From NCBI GenBank assembly GCA_964348225.1, contig CAYGBM010000035.1, forward strand, positions 9,425 through 73,424: a stretch of DNA of 64,000 nucleotides, read 5' to 3'. Below are positions 36,861 to 47,153 of this stretch, piece by piece. The position numbers and the translations under genes were made by a program. The first letter of the stretch is position 1, and each line of letters opens with the position of its first letter. The DNA comes from an uncultured Candidatus Saccharibacteria bacterium. Its GTDB lineage: Bacteria > Patescibacteriota > Minisyncoccia > Minisyncoccales > CG1-02-41-26. The notes beneath the pieces were generated by a model that searched no databases, was not told the DNA's origin, and worked only from the letters and a program-made list of their open reading frames with translations.

Positions 36861-38164
36861 GAAAAAGGGCTCTAAAACCAAAGGCTTGTTTTTTAGGAAC
36901 TCTTTCGCTTCTATTTTTGCTACTCCCTCTCTGTCGGGCTTTTGCTGGAGAGCAAGCGCTTTTCATCAACGAGATTGCCTGGATGGGCACTGAAGCTTCC
37001 TCTTATGATGAGTGGATTGAATTGTATAATAACTCGGACTTCCCTGTGGGCCTTGATGGCTGGAGGCTGCAGGCCACAGACGACACTCCAGACATCAAGA
37101 TTTCAGGTACTATCCCTGCTGGGGGATTTTTTCTTTTAGAGAGAACGAACGACGAAACGCTACCTAGTATCTCAGCTGATCTAATTTACAAGGGCGCCTT
37201 GAGCAATCAAGGAGAATACCTAAGGCTTATCAACGAACAAGGAGAGATTATTGATGAAATTGACTGTTCCTCTGGCTGGCTAGCTGGCAACAACGCAACC
37301 AAACAAACAATGGAGAGGGTCAGACCTATGTCTGACCCTAATGAGTGGCAGACGAGCCAAGAGCCAGGCGGCACCCCCAAACAACAAAACAGCCAATTGC
37401 CCGAAGATGGGCCTCGGGTAACTTCAGAAACAACAATGCCAGAAGAAACGCTGCCCGAGGACAAACCTTCACTGCCCGAGGACGGGCCTCGGGCAACTGA
37501 GAATGTGTTTATTAATGAGGTTATGCCCTCTCCTGAGGGTCCTGATGCTGAAAATGAGTGGATTGAGCTCTTCAATGTCAATGGGTTTGAGGTTGACCTA
37601 TCAAATTGGCAGCTCAGAGACAGGGTTGGAGCCTTCAAAACATATACCTTTCCCCAGAATACAAGCATTGCTGCTTTTGGATTTCTTCTCTGTCCCAGGA
37701 CAGAAACCAGTATTACTCTTCAAAACAGTGGTGATATCTTGGAGCTTTTAAGCCCTGGAGGAGAAATTGCCCATTCAATAGAATATCCAAAAGCCTCCCG
37801 GGGTCAGTCTTATAACAGATTGCCAGAGAAAGAACCCTTAACAAAGCAGGGTGTTTCAAATTGGCAATGGAGCACAACCCCAACACCTGGAACAGAAAAC
37901 CTTATTAGCCAGCCCCAAAAAGGGGAGACAGCGCAAGAAAAAGAACAGACAGAAGCTCAATCCCTTGATCAACCAAGCCAGCAAACCAGTTCTGCTGGAA
38001 AAGAAGCAAGCAAAAAGGGCTTTGATTTAGAAGAAAAAACCACAGCTGATGTAAGCAAGGAAATGCCTAAACCCTCAAAACGTTTTTTAACCTTTTTAAC
38101 AGCTGTTTCTCTGGCTATTCTGTCTGCTGTAATCGTTTTAATTATCAAGAAAAAATCTCAATAG
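36857..38164 (+). CDS. lamin-tail-domain (LTD) protein with signal peptide, two LTD repeats and C-terminal TM anchor
   Basis: Start moved to MRKRALKPKACFLGTLSLLFLLLP. LFINEIAWMGTEASSYDEWIELYNNSDFPVGLDGWRLQ and VFINEVMPSPEGPDAENEWIELFNVNGFEVDLSNWQLRD are LTD signatures. C-terminal FLTFLTAVSLAILSAVIVLIIKKKSQ. Confidence 0.65.
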   Translation: MRKRALKPKACFLGTLSLLFLLLPLCRAFAGEQALFINEIAWMGTEASSYDEWIELYNNSDFPVGLDGWRLQATDDTPDIKISGTIPAGGFFLLERTNDETLPSISADLIYKGALSNQGEYLRLINEQGEIIDEIDCSSGWLAGNNATKQTMERVRPMSDPNEWQTSQEPGGTPKQQNSQLPEDGPRVTSETTMPEETLPEDKPSLPEDGPRATENVFINEVMPSPEGPDAENEWIELFNVNGFEVDLSNWQLRDRVGAFKTYTFPQNTSIAAFGFLLCPRTETSITLQNSGDILELLSPGGEIAHSIEYPKASRGQSYNRLPEKEPLTKQGVSNWQWSTTPTPGTENLISQPQKGETAQEKEQTEAQSLDQPSQQTSSAGKEASKKGFDLEEKTTADVSKEMPKPSKRFLTFLTAVSLAILSAVIVLIIKKKSQ

Positions 38165-38247
38165 GACTGAAGGAAAAATCTGTTTTAAAGCAAAAGTCCT
38201 GGATCTCTCCAGGGCTTTTTGCCAACTCGCTTCTTTGATTAGCTCAA

Positions 38248-39522
38248 CTAATCAGAATACTCAACTGGGGGAGGGCAGGTAAATGTAATTCCGTCGCAAT
38301 ATCCTGACTGGCTGGGATCTTCATTTGTTTCTGCTATAAAACGCAAACGGTTTCCACAGTAATAACTATCCTCTGCAATTTTTACATACAAGCAAAAATC
38401 ATCCTCGCTAGTTTCAATAACAGGCCTCATACCAACATAGCTTTCAACCTTAGCACAAAAGTCCTCCAGGGTATCTGTGGTAGCGCAATCAATGCCCTTG
38501 TATGTGTCTTGCTCAGCATAAAGACTCCTAATCTCTAATCTTATCAAAGTCAAAGACAACTCTAAGCGAATATCCTCTCTTCTCTCAATTATCTCCCTGA
38601 AAGGAGCTAAAAAAGCAGCCACAACAGCAATAATCAAAAGAATCCCAATAATTCCAACAACAAGAAGCGTTATCTTTGTTTTCCTTTTAGGCTCAAAAAC
38701 TTCCTGGCTTTTGATGACAACAAGTCCTCTGTAAATTAAAAAAGTAAAAGCTAAGGTAAACGGAGCTACAATTACTCCAACAATAGTGCTCAAAACATTA
38801 TTGGCTATCTCCAGGGCTACCCCTGACTCAAGAAGATAACCAAAAATGAACATTAGAATTGCTGTGCAAACTATAGAAATCACCCCTATCACTATGCCCA
38901 GCAGCAACAATCTGCCAAAAACCCCCCACCAATATTCTTTTACCAGGTGTCTGCTTCTTGAAAGGGCATTCATTCCTCTTTTTCCTTCCTGAATCAGAAC
39001 GAATCCAGCGAAGGTAAGCCAAACACTGAAAATAATACCTGGAATAATCAACAAGACGCTGCCGCCCATAATGATCACTGTGCTTAGTATTGAAACCCAA
39101 ATAAAAGGAAGCAGTTTGGGCCAGCCTTTCTTAAAGGCTTCTTTTATGCCAAGGCTTTTGTCGCTAACAGCGGAAATCAAAGAGACTTGCACCCAAAAAC
39201 CGATTATAACGAACAAAATAATGGCTAGGATTGCTGAGAAAAACCAAGCCCACACACCCCCTATCTCCCTTGACAAGGTCCCTGCGCCCAAAAAAATGAG
39301 CGAGGGAACCAAAGAGATTGCCGAAATAGCTAAAAAAACTTTTGCTCTTTCTCTGTATAACCTCCATGCTCCCTTGAATAGCTCACCTACCTTGGGCAAT
39401 CTTAAGGAAGGCTGAGGGGCCGTTGGCTCAAGGGAAGAGCTTGGCAGAGGAGGTCTTGGGGGCGGCTGTTGTGATGAAGAACCTTTGGAAGGCTGGATTG
39501 GGCTTTGAAATATTTCTTTCAT
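38248..39522 (-). CDS. polytopic membrane protein with Pro-rich N-terminus and Cys-containing C-terminal extracytoplasmic domain
   Basis: 424 aa, >=6 TM helices. N-terminal FKGAWRLYRERAKVFLAISAISLVP resembles GP-PDE-type membrane-domain DUF proteins, which is uncertain. Confidence 0.45.
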   Translation of the reverse strand: MKEIFQSPIQPSKGSSSQQPPPRPPLPSSSLEPTAPQPSLRLPKVGELFKGAWRLYRERAKVFLAISAISLVPSLIFLGAGTLSREIGGVWAWFFSAILAIILFVIIGFWVQVSLISAVSDKSLGIKEAFKKGWPKLLPFIWVSILSTVIIMGGSVLLIIPGIIFSVWLTFAGFVLIQEGKRGMNALSRSRHLVKEYWWGVFGRLLLLGIVIGVISIVCTAILMFIFGYLLESGVALEIANNVLSTIVGVIVAPFTLAFTFLIYRGLVVIKSQEVFEPKRKTKITLLVVGIIGILLIIAVVAAFLAPFREIIERREDIRLELSLTLIRLEIRSLYAEQDTYKGIDCATTDTLEDFCAKVESYVGMRPVIETSEDDFCLYVKIAEDSYYCGNRLRFIAETNEDPSQSGYCDGITFTCPPPVEYSD

Positions 39523-39635
39523 AGGTTTTGATTAGTTTGTTATTATATTATTATAACTATTATACTATTATAGCCAATCTTACAAACAAGGCAATATTTA
39601 TTTGCTCCTTAAAGAATGGGAAGAAATTCGATACA

Positions 39636-39677
39636 ATAAAAAAAATTGCGGTCGGTGAATGAACCATCACCGACCCT
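39636..39677 (-). terminator. Rho-independent terminator of the pilin gene
   Basis: Minus-strand RNA: gggucggugaugguucauucaccgacc followed by gcaauuuuuuuu. 9-bp GC-rich stem plus U-tract. Confidence 0.7.
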
Positions 39678-39690
39678 TGCAAAATGAGCA

Positions 39691-40146
39691 TCAGTATTCC
39701 CCCGGAAAGTTGCTTTCCGGAACTTGGTCTTGGAAAGAAAGGCTCCAAATAACCTGCTCCCCGTCTCCATCAACATCCCCACGAGCATAGACTATACAAC
39801 CCTTGCTGTAAGCCTCAACCCGATACTGGTAATAGACCTCATTGGGGCTAAAACCAATGCTGTCCCATTTTCTACGAGCTTCAGTGTCTTTTGGCCAAGA
39901 GATTGAGGAAACGCCAGGGACCTCAGAAGGACACCAGGGCAGTTCCCTATAAACCCCATGCTCTGCCTTGTACCTCTCTTGGCAATCCCGGATCTTCTGT
40001 AGATTCATCTTCATCTCTGACTCTCTTGCCTCGTTCTGAAACATCAGAAAGGAACGAATAGCTATAGCGGCCAGGAAAGCAATGATGGCAACCACGATCA
40101 TAAGCTCAATCAGTGAAAAACCTCTGGTTTTAACCATATCACCCAA
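39691..40146 (-). CDS. type IV pilin (prepilin-type N-terminal cleavage/methylation domain)
   Basis: KTRG-FSLIELMIVVAIIAFLAAIAI is a classic class III signal peptide with a hydrophobic N-terminal helix. The likely start is the second Met (MVKTRG...). Confidence 0.85.
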   Translation of the reverse strand: MGDMVKTRGFSLIELMIVVAIIAFLAAIAIRSFLMFQNEARESEMKMNLQKIRDCQERYKAEHGVYRELPWCPSEVPGVSSISWPKDTEARRKWDSIGFSPNEVYYQYRVEAYSKGCIVYARGDVDGDGEQVIWSLSFQDQVPESNFPGEY

Positions 40147-40344
40147 ACCTCCTCTCTATCCCATAACCATATAAGCAATAAGCTCCTATAGCCTGCTACC
40201 TATTTAATAACAACAGTCTTTCCAAAAGTCAAGTTGATTTTTAGCAAATTTTCCTTTAATATTGAAACGTGTTCGTAAAACTTTAATCTTACTTGCCCGC
40301 CGAAGCCCTGGCGAAGGCGGGAATCTTTAATCATAAATCTAATT

Positions 40345-41100
40345 ATGTCAGGCCATAGTCACTGGGCAACAGTGAAAAGAAAAAAAGGGGCAGAGGATGA
40401 AAAAAGGGGAAAGATTTTTTCCAAGCTCTCGCGCATGATTTCGGTTGCAGCAAGAGAGGGGAGCAATCCGGAGATGAACCCCAAGCTAAAACAGGCACTT
40501 GAAGAAGCGAAACGTTTTAATATGCCAAAGGATAATATTGAGAAAGCTATTAAGCGGGGGGCTGGCGAGCTTGAGGGAGAACAGCTTGAAGAAGTAATGT
40601 ACGAAGCTATTGGTCCTGGGGGGATTAATATAATTCTTGAAGGCATCACTGATAATAAAAACAGAACCTTGGCTGAGGTAAAAAAAATTCTCCAAAGCCA
40701 CAATGCTAAGCTGGCTGATGAAGGCTCTGTAAAGTGGGCTTTTGAGCAAAAAGGAATAATCCTGATAAACCCATCCCTACCTGCTGAACAGACAGGTGAA
40801 GCTCAAATGTCAAAAGAAGAATTAGAGCTGAAAGTAATTGAGACTGGGGCTGAAGATATGCAGTGGCGGAAAATAGAAGATGAAGATTTTCTGGAGATAA
40901 CAACCTCTATTGAAGATTTGGAAAAGGTTAAAGAAAGCCTTAAAAACCAAGGGGTTAACATTGAGTCTTCCACTTTGGGCTGGGCCGCCAAAGAAGAGGT
41001 TGAGGTTTCAGAGGAACAAAGAAAAAAATGCGAGAAGCTTTTTGAAGATTTAGACGAGAACGAGGCAATACAGGAAATATACTCCAATTTAGCTAGCTAA
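40345..41100 (+). CDS. YebC/PmpR-family transcriptional regulator
   Basis: MSGHSHWATVKRKKGAEDEKRGKIFSKLSRMISVAAREG is the universal YebC N-terminus. Confidence 0.9.
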   Translation: MSGHSHWATVKRKKGAEDEKRGKIFSKLSRMISVAAREGSNPEMNPKLKQALEEAKRFNMPKDNIEKAIKRGAGELEGEQLEEVMYEAIGPGGINIILEGITDNKNRTLAEVKKILQSHNAKLADEGSVKWAFEQKGIILINPSLPAEQTGEAQMSKEELELKVIETGAEDMQWRKIEDEDFLEITTSIEDLEKVKESLKNQGVNIESSTLGWAAKEEVEVSEEQRKKCEKLFEDLDENEAIQEIYSNLAS

Positions 41101-41278
41101 ATTGGAGAAATTCCAATTTCCAAGAACCAATTTCCAATGAATTTTCAATGACCAAATTTTCAAACCGTTCACATTAACGGAGCGAAGTGTTTACACCGAA
41201 CGAAGTGAGGTGTTTGAAAATTAAATAATTGAAAATTGAGGTTTCATTGGAAATTGAAAATTGTAAATTGTAAATTAC
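41101..41278. repeat. ~175-bp hairpin-forming repeat element (aatttccaa / caattttcaa family), copy A
   Basis: Fills the yebC-ruvC gap. Nearly identical in reverse complement to 47834-48006, including cattgaaaattcattggaaattggttcttggaaattgga. Shorter relatives at ~13510-13600 and ~14825-14870. Confidence 0.7.
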
Positions 41279-41761
41279 GTGATTATCACAGGAATAGACC
41301 CAGGCACAGCAACTACAGGCTATGGCATTATCAGAAAAACAAAAAGGGGCTTAAGGTGCCTTGATTACGGTATAATCGCAACCAGCCCCAAGCTTTCCCC
41401 AGAGCAACGTTTGAGACAGCTGAACAATCAGCTCAATAAACTTCTCACAATACACAAACCAAAACTAATGGCTGTTGAGGCTGTGTTTTTTTTCAAAAAC
41501 CTGAAAACCGCTATGCCTGTTTCAGAAGCAAGAGGAGTGATACTTCTGGCTGCTGCTAAAAAGAAAATTAAAGTTCAGCAGTTAACGCCCCTGGAAGTAA
41601 AAATGGGTATCTGCGGGTATGGCAGGGCAGACAAAAAACAAATCCAAAAGATGATAAAAGAAATTTTAGGGCTGAAAGAAACCCCAAGACCTGATGATGC
41701 AGCAGATGCTTTGGCTGTGGCTGTGTGCTGCTCTATTAAAAATCGGAAGGTGAAGGCTTGA
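41279..41761 (+). CDS. ruvC: crossover junction endodeoxyribonuclease RuvC
   Basis: (M/V)IITGIDPGTATTGYGII N-terminus, GTG start. 160 aa. Confidence 0.85.
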   Translation: MIITGIDPGTATTGYGIIRKTKRGLRCLDYGIIATSPKLSPEQRLRQLNNQLNKLLTIHKPKLMAVEAVFFFKNLKTAMPVSEARGVILLAAAKKKIKVQQLTPLEVKMGICGYGRADKKQIQKMIKEILGLKETPRPDDAADALAVAVCCSIKNRKVKA

Positions 41762-41942
41762 CCCCCACACCAAACGAACTTATGGTGTGGGGGTTGACAA
41801 CCTCTTTGGAAAATGTACAATTTTGAGTAATACGAAGAAAAAGGTCATACTTTTTCCCTACCTTAACCTTAAGGGGAAAAAGCTCCGATAGAGCAAAAGC
41901 TTTCTTTACCCTGTCAGCCTTAGTTGGACAGGGTAAAACGGG

Positions 41943-42128
41943 GTGAATTCCATGCAACTTGAAGAGCAGATTTTAACCAAGCTATTATCTCAAGACGAAG
42001 ATGAAGACATGGCCCCAGAGGAGGAAGAGATGCCCGAGGAAGAGGAAGAAGAGGAAGAGGAAGAAGAGGGGGCTGACGTAGGCGGTGATGAAGACGAGGA
42101 TGAAGATGAGGATGAAGAAATAATCTAA
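41943..42128 (+). CDS. small extremely acidic protein encoded on a GAR/GAA-rich simple repeat
   Basis: MNSMQLEEQILTKLLSQDEDEDMAPEEEEMPEEEEEEEEEEEGADVGGDEDEDEDEDEEII. Codon repeat gaggaagaagaggaagag.... Could be a real acidic peptide or a simple-sequence artefact. Confidence 0.3.
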   Translation: MNSMQLEEQILTKLLSQDEDEDMAPEEEEMPEEEEEEEEEEEGADVGGDEDEDEDEDEEII

Positions 42129-42221
42129 CGATTTCTAAGAACAAAAACCGAGCACATTAAATATGTGCTCGGTTTTGAAATATGAAGAAAATTAGAGTAA
42201 TATAGGAGAGTAATCTATCAC

Positions 42222-44351
42222 ATGCCAAAGAGACAACGTCAAAGAATAACATACAAAAAAAAGAGAAAGGTATTGAGATTTCTTCTCAAGGCTTTTTTAG
42301 CTGGAATTTTTTGTATTGTGCTTTTGGGGGTAGGAACTTTTATATTTTTTCTGAAGGACTTGCCCAGGCCCGAGAAATTCGCTGAGGGCATTGTTCCCCA
42401 GTCAACAAAGCTCTATGATCGAGAAGGAAAGGTGCTTCTGTACGAAATTGCGGGAGAAGAAAAAAGAACGCTTGTTTCTCTGGAGGAAATCCCGAACTAT
42501 TTAAAATGGGCTGCGATTACAGCTGAAGACAGAAAGTTCTTTGAGCATCGCGGGCTGGATCTGAAAGCAATCGCCAGAGCAATCCTCTATGATTTAAAGA
42601 TACGCCAGCCCGCCCAGGGGGCTTCAACGATCTCTCAGCAGCTGATTCGTTCTTACTTCCTAACAAGAAAGAAAACCCTAAAAAGAAAAACCAGAGAAAT
42701 TATTTTAACCCTTGAGCTAGAACGCAGGTATCCAAAAGACCAAATTTTAGAGTGGTACTTTAACCTTATTCCTTTTGGTTCAAACCTATATGGAGTTGAA
42801 TCTGCCTCGCAGGCCTTCTTTAAGAAGCCGGTCTCGGAAATTTCTCTGGCAGAATCCGCCACCCTGGCAGCTTTAATTAGAGCCCCCTCGCTCTATTGGC
42901 CTTACGGTCCAAACCTAGACAGGCTCATGACAAGAAAAGAATTTATTTTAGAAGAGATGACGAAAGCAAATTTCATCACTAAAGAACAGGCGGAAGAAGC
43001 GAAAAAAGAAGAGATTCAGTTTTCTCAAAACCTCAATCCAATCGTAGCGCCCCATTTTGTTATGTTTGTTAAGGATTATTTGGAGCAGAAATACGGCAAA
43101 AGCTTTTTGGAAAGGGCGGGACTTCGCGTTATAACAACCCTGGATATAGAAATGCAGGAAAAAGCAGAAGAGCTTTTGAGGGAAGGGCTCAAGCAGGTGG
43201 AGGCCTACAATGCCAACAACGGGGGGCTGATAGCTGTCAACCCAAAAACAGGGGAGCTTTTGGTTATGGTCGGCTCAAAAGACTACTTTAGCAGCTCCTC
43301 TCCCGAGGGGTGCGACCCTGGAGTTGACTGCTTGTTTGACCCTGAGGTTAATGTTACAATAAGCCCCCGCCAGCCCGGAAGCGCCTTTAAGCCCTTTGCT
43401 TATGCAGCAGCTCTTGATAAGGGATTTACCCCCAATACATTGCTTTGGGACGTGCCTACTGAATTCAATCCTAACTGCTCCCCAAGCGCCACCCAAGAAT
43501 ACGACAAATACAAGGCAAAATGCTATCATCCGCAAAACTACGACGCAAGATTTAAAGGTATTGTAAGCCTAAGAAGCGCCTTGGCTCAATCCAGGAATGT
43601 GCCCTCGGTCAAGATTTTGCATCTAGCTGGGATTAACGAAACATTAGACTTGGCTGAGGATTTTGGAATCCAAACCCTGAAAGACAGACAACGTTATGGA
43701 CTTGCCTTAGTATTGGGGGGCGGGGAAGTGAAGCTCCTGGAAATGGTATCAGCCTTTGGAGTTTTTGCAAACGATGGGATAAAAACCCCTTTAAATATCA
43801 TCAAAGAAATAAAAGATCCCAAGGGCAATGTGCGTGAAGAAATAAAAAAGGATACGATTAAGGTCTTGTCATCGCAAATTGTAAGGCAAATAAACAATAT
43901 CCTGTCAGATAATGCTGCTCGCGCCCCAATGTTTGGCCTAAGCTCCCCCCTTTACTTTCCAGGCTTTGAGGTTGCTGCTAAAACCGGCACCACCCAAAAT
44001 TATAAGGACGCCTGGACTCTTGGCTACACGCCCTCTTTGGCAGTTGGGGTTTGGGTTGGCAACAACAATAACGAACCCATGGCAAAAAAGCCTGGGGTTT
44101 TCTTGTCCTCTCCAATTTGGCATACCTTTATGCTTTACGCCCTGCCAAATTTTCCAAAACAAGAGTTTAAAAAACCAGATGAAACCACGACCGGCAACCC
44201 GATTTTGGACGGACAGCAGGCTTTAGGAAGCCATTCTATTCTGCATTTTGTAGACAAAAAAAATCCCCAGGGCCCACGTCCGACTAGCCCTGGAAACGAT
44301 GCCCAATACGAAAATTGGGAGGCTGCTGTTTCAAGGTGGCTGGGATTTTAG
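42222..44351 (+). CDS. bifunctional class A penicillin-binding protein (glycosyltransferase + transpeptidase)
   Basis: GT51 motifs AAITAEDRKFFEHRGLD and RQPAQGASTISQQL. TPase motifs SAFKPF, SRN, KTGTT. N-terminal TM. Confidence 0.9.
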   Translation: MPKRQRQRITYKKKRKVLRFLLKAFLAGIFCIVLLGVGTFIFFLKDLPRPEKFAEGIVPQSTKLYDREGKVLLYEIAGEEKRTLVSLEEIPNYLKWAAITAEDRKFFEHRGLDLKAIARAILYDLKIRQPAQGASTISQQLIRSYFLTRKKTLKRKTREIILTLELERRYPKDQILEWYFNLIPFGSNLYGVESASQAFFKKPVSEISLAESATLAALIRAPSLYWPYGPNLDRLMTRKEFILEEMTKANFITKEQAEEAKKEEIQFSQNLNPIVAPHFVMFVKDYLEQKYGKSFLERAGLRVITTLDIEMQEKAEELLREGLKQVEAYNANNGGLIAVNPKTGELLVMVGSKDYFSSSSPEGCDPGVDCLFDPEVNVTISPRQPGSAFKPFAYAAALDKGFTPNTLLWDVPTEFNPNCSPSATQEYDKYKAKCYHPQNYDARFKGIVSLRSALAQSRNVPSVKILHLAGINETLDLAEDFGIQTLKDRQRYGLALVLGGGEVKLLEMVSAFGVFANDGIKTPLNIIKEIKDPKGNVREEIKKDTIKVLSSQIVRQINNILSDNAARAPMFGLSSPLYFPGFEVAAKTGTTQNYKDAWTLGYTPSLAVGVWVGNNNNEPMAKKPGVFLSSPIWHTFMLYALPNFPKQEFKKPDETTTGNPILDGQQALGSHSILHFVDKKNPQGPRPTSPGNDAQYENWEAAVSRWLGF

Positions 44352-44356
44352 CAAAA

Positions 44357-45481
44357 TTAGCTCGCCTTGATCGGCATCAAGATATAAATATAGCTTTCAT
44401 CGCCAACCGGCTTTAAAACTCCAGCTCCCTCTTCTCCATTAAGCTCAAAGACAACCTCTGAGCTTTTTATGTTATTGAAGCCATCAAGTAAAAATCTGTA
44501 ATTGAAGGAAATTTCAACCCTCTCTCCTTCTATCTTAGATGACAATTCAGATTCGCTCTGACCCGTCTCTATGCTCTGGGAAAACACTTTTAACTTATTG
44601 TCTTTAGGTAGGGCTGTTATTTTAACCTCTAAAACCTTGCCGCTAAAAAGCCCTGCTTTTTTGATTTGGTTTTCAAAACTTTCTTTCTCAACCTGAATCT
44701 TGGTTGTATGCTTTTTGGGAATAATTTCTTGGTAATTAGGGTATTCTCCTTCAATTAAACGAGATAGCAGATTTATTTGAGGATGAGAGGTCTCTTCTTT
44801 TAGAAGTTCAAAAAGCACCTGGTTCTGGTTTAAAAAAATATTAGCCTTGCCCTCTTCTTGACTTAAGATATTAAACAACTCTCTCGCAGAAGACTGAGGG
44901 AGAATAAAAGAGCCTTCTTTTTGTCCTGTGTCCTCCAGGTCAATTGTCTTCTCTGCTAACCTAAAACTGTCAGTGCCAACCATCTTTAATATTTTCTTTT
45001 TGAGGTAAAAATAGACCCCTGAGATTTCTGGCCTCACCTGTGAAGAAGAGGTAACATCAATAACCTGGCCCAGCCCCTCAGCAACCTTGTGGATAGGGAT
45101 CTGCCAAGAAACTTCTCTTTCTATTTTTGGAATTACTGGAAAGTCTTCTGGTTTCTGTCCCTGAATTCTGGTTCTTTGATTTTTAGTGGTTAAAACCAAG
45201 TTACCGTTCTCCTCACTCAGCCCTATTTTCTCCTCATTTATCAAATTAACTAAGTTAGCTAAAAAGGTGGCTGGAACTACTAATTTTCCCTTCTTTTCAA
45301 TTTTAGCTAATATCCACCAACGAATTGTAGTTTCTAGATTTGTTGTATTCAGCTCTAAAAAATTTCCCTTGGTTTCCATTAGAACATTTTGCAACACTGG
45401 AAGGTTCAATGTCTTTCGGGTAATCTTCTCGCAATTGTTAATCGCTTTTTTAAGGTTTTCTGTAAGTAATTCGACTTTCAT
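44357..45481 (-). CDS. dnaN: DNA polymerase III beta sliding clamp
   Basis: 374 aa. MKVELLTENLKKAIN start. Three-domain clamp length. Sits next to dnaA. Confidence 0.85.
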   Translation of the reverse strand: MKVELLTENLKKAINNCEKITRKTLNLPVLQNVLMETKGNFLELNTTNLETTIRWWILAKIEKKGKLVVPATFLANLVNLINEEKIGLSEENGNLVLTTKNQRTRIQGQKPEDFPVIPKIEREVSWQIPIHKVAEGLGQVIDVTSSSQVRPEISGVYFYLKKKILKMVGTDSFRLAEKTIDLEDTGQKEGSFILPQSSARELFNILSQEEGKANIFLNQNQVLFELLKEETSHPQINLLSRLIEGEYPNYQEIIPKKHTTKIQVEKESFENQIKKAGLFSGKVLEVKITALPKDNKLKVFSQSIETGQSESELSSKIEGERVEISFNYRFLLDGFNNIKSSEVVFELNGEEGAGVLKPVGDESYIYILMPIKAS

Positions 45482-45791
45482 ATTTTTGGGGTCCGCGAAC
45501 GTTTCACAAATATTCTTCCTTGGGATATATGTGAAAAAATTCGCTTTCCTTAATAATAACTTTAATAACTAATTATTATTGTTGTTGTTGTTGTTGAGAT
45601 ACAAAGAAACTGGGGAAAATAATCTTTTGGTTTGGTTTTTTAACAAGAATCCTTTATTGCTTTTGTTAAAAATATGTGGAGGGTTGTTGGAGGAAGTTTT
45701 GGAAAATTCTGGAGAGGGGAGAGTTTTAAAGTTTTGATGTGTTTTTCTTCACAGAATAATAAATATTTTTCAGCTCGTTTTCCACAGATAG
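45482..45791. other. dnaA-dnaN intergenic region; candidate oriC component
   Basis: DnaA-box-like 9-mers (ttttccaca at ~45778, tgtggaggg, ttcttcaca). AT-rich (att)3(gtt)5 microsatellite at 45572-45596. Confidence 0.3.
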
Positions 45792-47153
45792 TTAGATCTT
45801 ATCATACAGCCTTTGACGTATTAAATTAATCTCAGTGAGCAAAGAATCGTCCTCTTCTATTTGTTTGGAGATTTTTTCGTAAGCGTAGATAGCCGTTGTG
45901 TGGTCTTTGCCTTCAAACTTTCGACCGATTGAAGGATAAGACTCTTGTAATTCCTGTCTTAGGAGATACATAGCTATTTGTCTTGGCCTGACGATTTCTT
46001 TTCTTCTTGTGGGCAAGAAAAGGTCTTCTCGATTTAGGTCATAAAAAGAAGCTACAACCTGAATAATTTTCTTAGAATTTGTAGCCTTCTTGGGCGAGGC
46101 AATTAAATTTCTTAAAAGTTTTTTTACCACAGTCAATTCTGGGCTTTTTTGGTTGAGTTTCTGGAAAACAATTAAGCGATTTAAGGCTCCCTCCATATCC
46201 CTGATATTCCTTTGGATGTTTGTTGCAATATACTCCAGTATTTCAGAGCCAAGCTTAATGTCTTTTTCGCTGCACTTAGATTTTAAAATCGCAATTCGTG
46301 TTTCAATATCAGGTGCCCCAATGTCCGCCATCATTCCACCTTCAAACCTTGACCTCAATCTTTCTTCAATAGCTGGAATTGCATTGGGAGGACGGTCGGA
46401 GGAGAGAATAATCTGTTTTTGGGCCTGGTAAAGAGTATTGAAAATATGGAAGAACTCCTCTTGGGTTTTCTCTTTCCCAGCAAAGAATTGGACATCATCC
46501 ATAATCAGCACGTCAATTTTACAGAGCTCTTTTTTTAGGTTTTCAATTTCTTGATTTCTGATTGATTCAACAATTTTTGAAATAAATCTTTCTGAGGTCG
46601 TATATTTAACCACGCTTTTCTGGGGAAACAAGCCAGCAACGCGGTTGCCTGTTGCCTGGAGAAGATGTGTTTTTCCCAGGCCAACTCCTCCATAAATAAA
46701 CAAAGGATTGTAAACAACCCCTGGCTTCTCAGAAACCGCCCAAGCGGCTGCATGAGCTAATTCATTAAAGCCGCCAACCACGAAATTATCGAAAGTATAG
46801 CGAGAGTTTAGGTTGGTTTTTTGGTTAACCTTGAACTCCTGGAATTGGAGCTGGGGCTCTGAAACAGTTTCTTGGTGCTTTGTCTTTGGTTTGGGTGCTG
46901 GTACGTTTTGAGTTTTTACAATAAAGTCAACCAGGCGGATATTTTTATCTAGCGACCTCAAGATTTTCAAAATAAGGGACTGGTATTTAGAGCTCAGCCA
47001 TTCTTTTGAAAAAGAATTTGGCACAGAGATTGAAATTACCCCGTTTTTATTAGAGATAATTTTAGTGCTGCAAAACCAGGTAGCAAAGTTAGCTCTGGAT
47101 ACAACAAATTGTAGCTGGGCTAAAACTGATTGCCAGAGTTCTTCGTTGCTCAT
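45792..47153 (-). CDS. dnaA: chromosomal replication initiator DnaA
   Basis: AAA+ GGVGLGKTHLLQATGN. Sensor motifs. C-terminal DNA-binding domain (KDHTTAIYAYEKI). Confidence 0.9.
   Translation of the reverse strand: MSNEELWQSVLAQLQFVVSRANFATWFCSTKIISNKNGVISISVPNSFSKEWLSSKYQSLILKILRSLDKNIRLVDFIVKTQNVPAPKPKTKHQETVSEPQLQFQEFKVNQKTNLNSRYTFDNFVVGGFNELAHAAAWAVSEKPGVVYNPLFIYGGVGLGKTHLLQATGNRVAGLFPQKSVVKYTTSERFISKIVESIRNQEIENLKKELCKIDVLIMDDVQFFAGKEKTQEEFFHIFNTLYQAQKQIILSSDRPPNAIPAIEERLRSRFEGGMMADIGAPDIETRIAILKSKCSEKDIKLGSEILEYIATNIQRNIRDMEGALNRLIVFQKLNQKSPELTVVKKLLRNLIASPKKATNSKKIIQVVASFYDLNREDLFLPTRRKEIVRPRQIAMYLLRQELQESYPSIGRKFEGKDHTTAIYAYEKISKQIEEDDSLLTEINLIRQRLYDKI

Noticed and set aside
41920-42144. 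74-aa Pro/Leu/His-rich minus-strand ORF
   Set aside because: It is the antisense translation of the GAA/GAG simple repeat.
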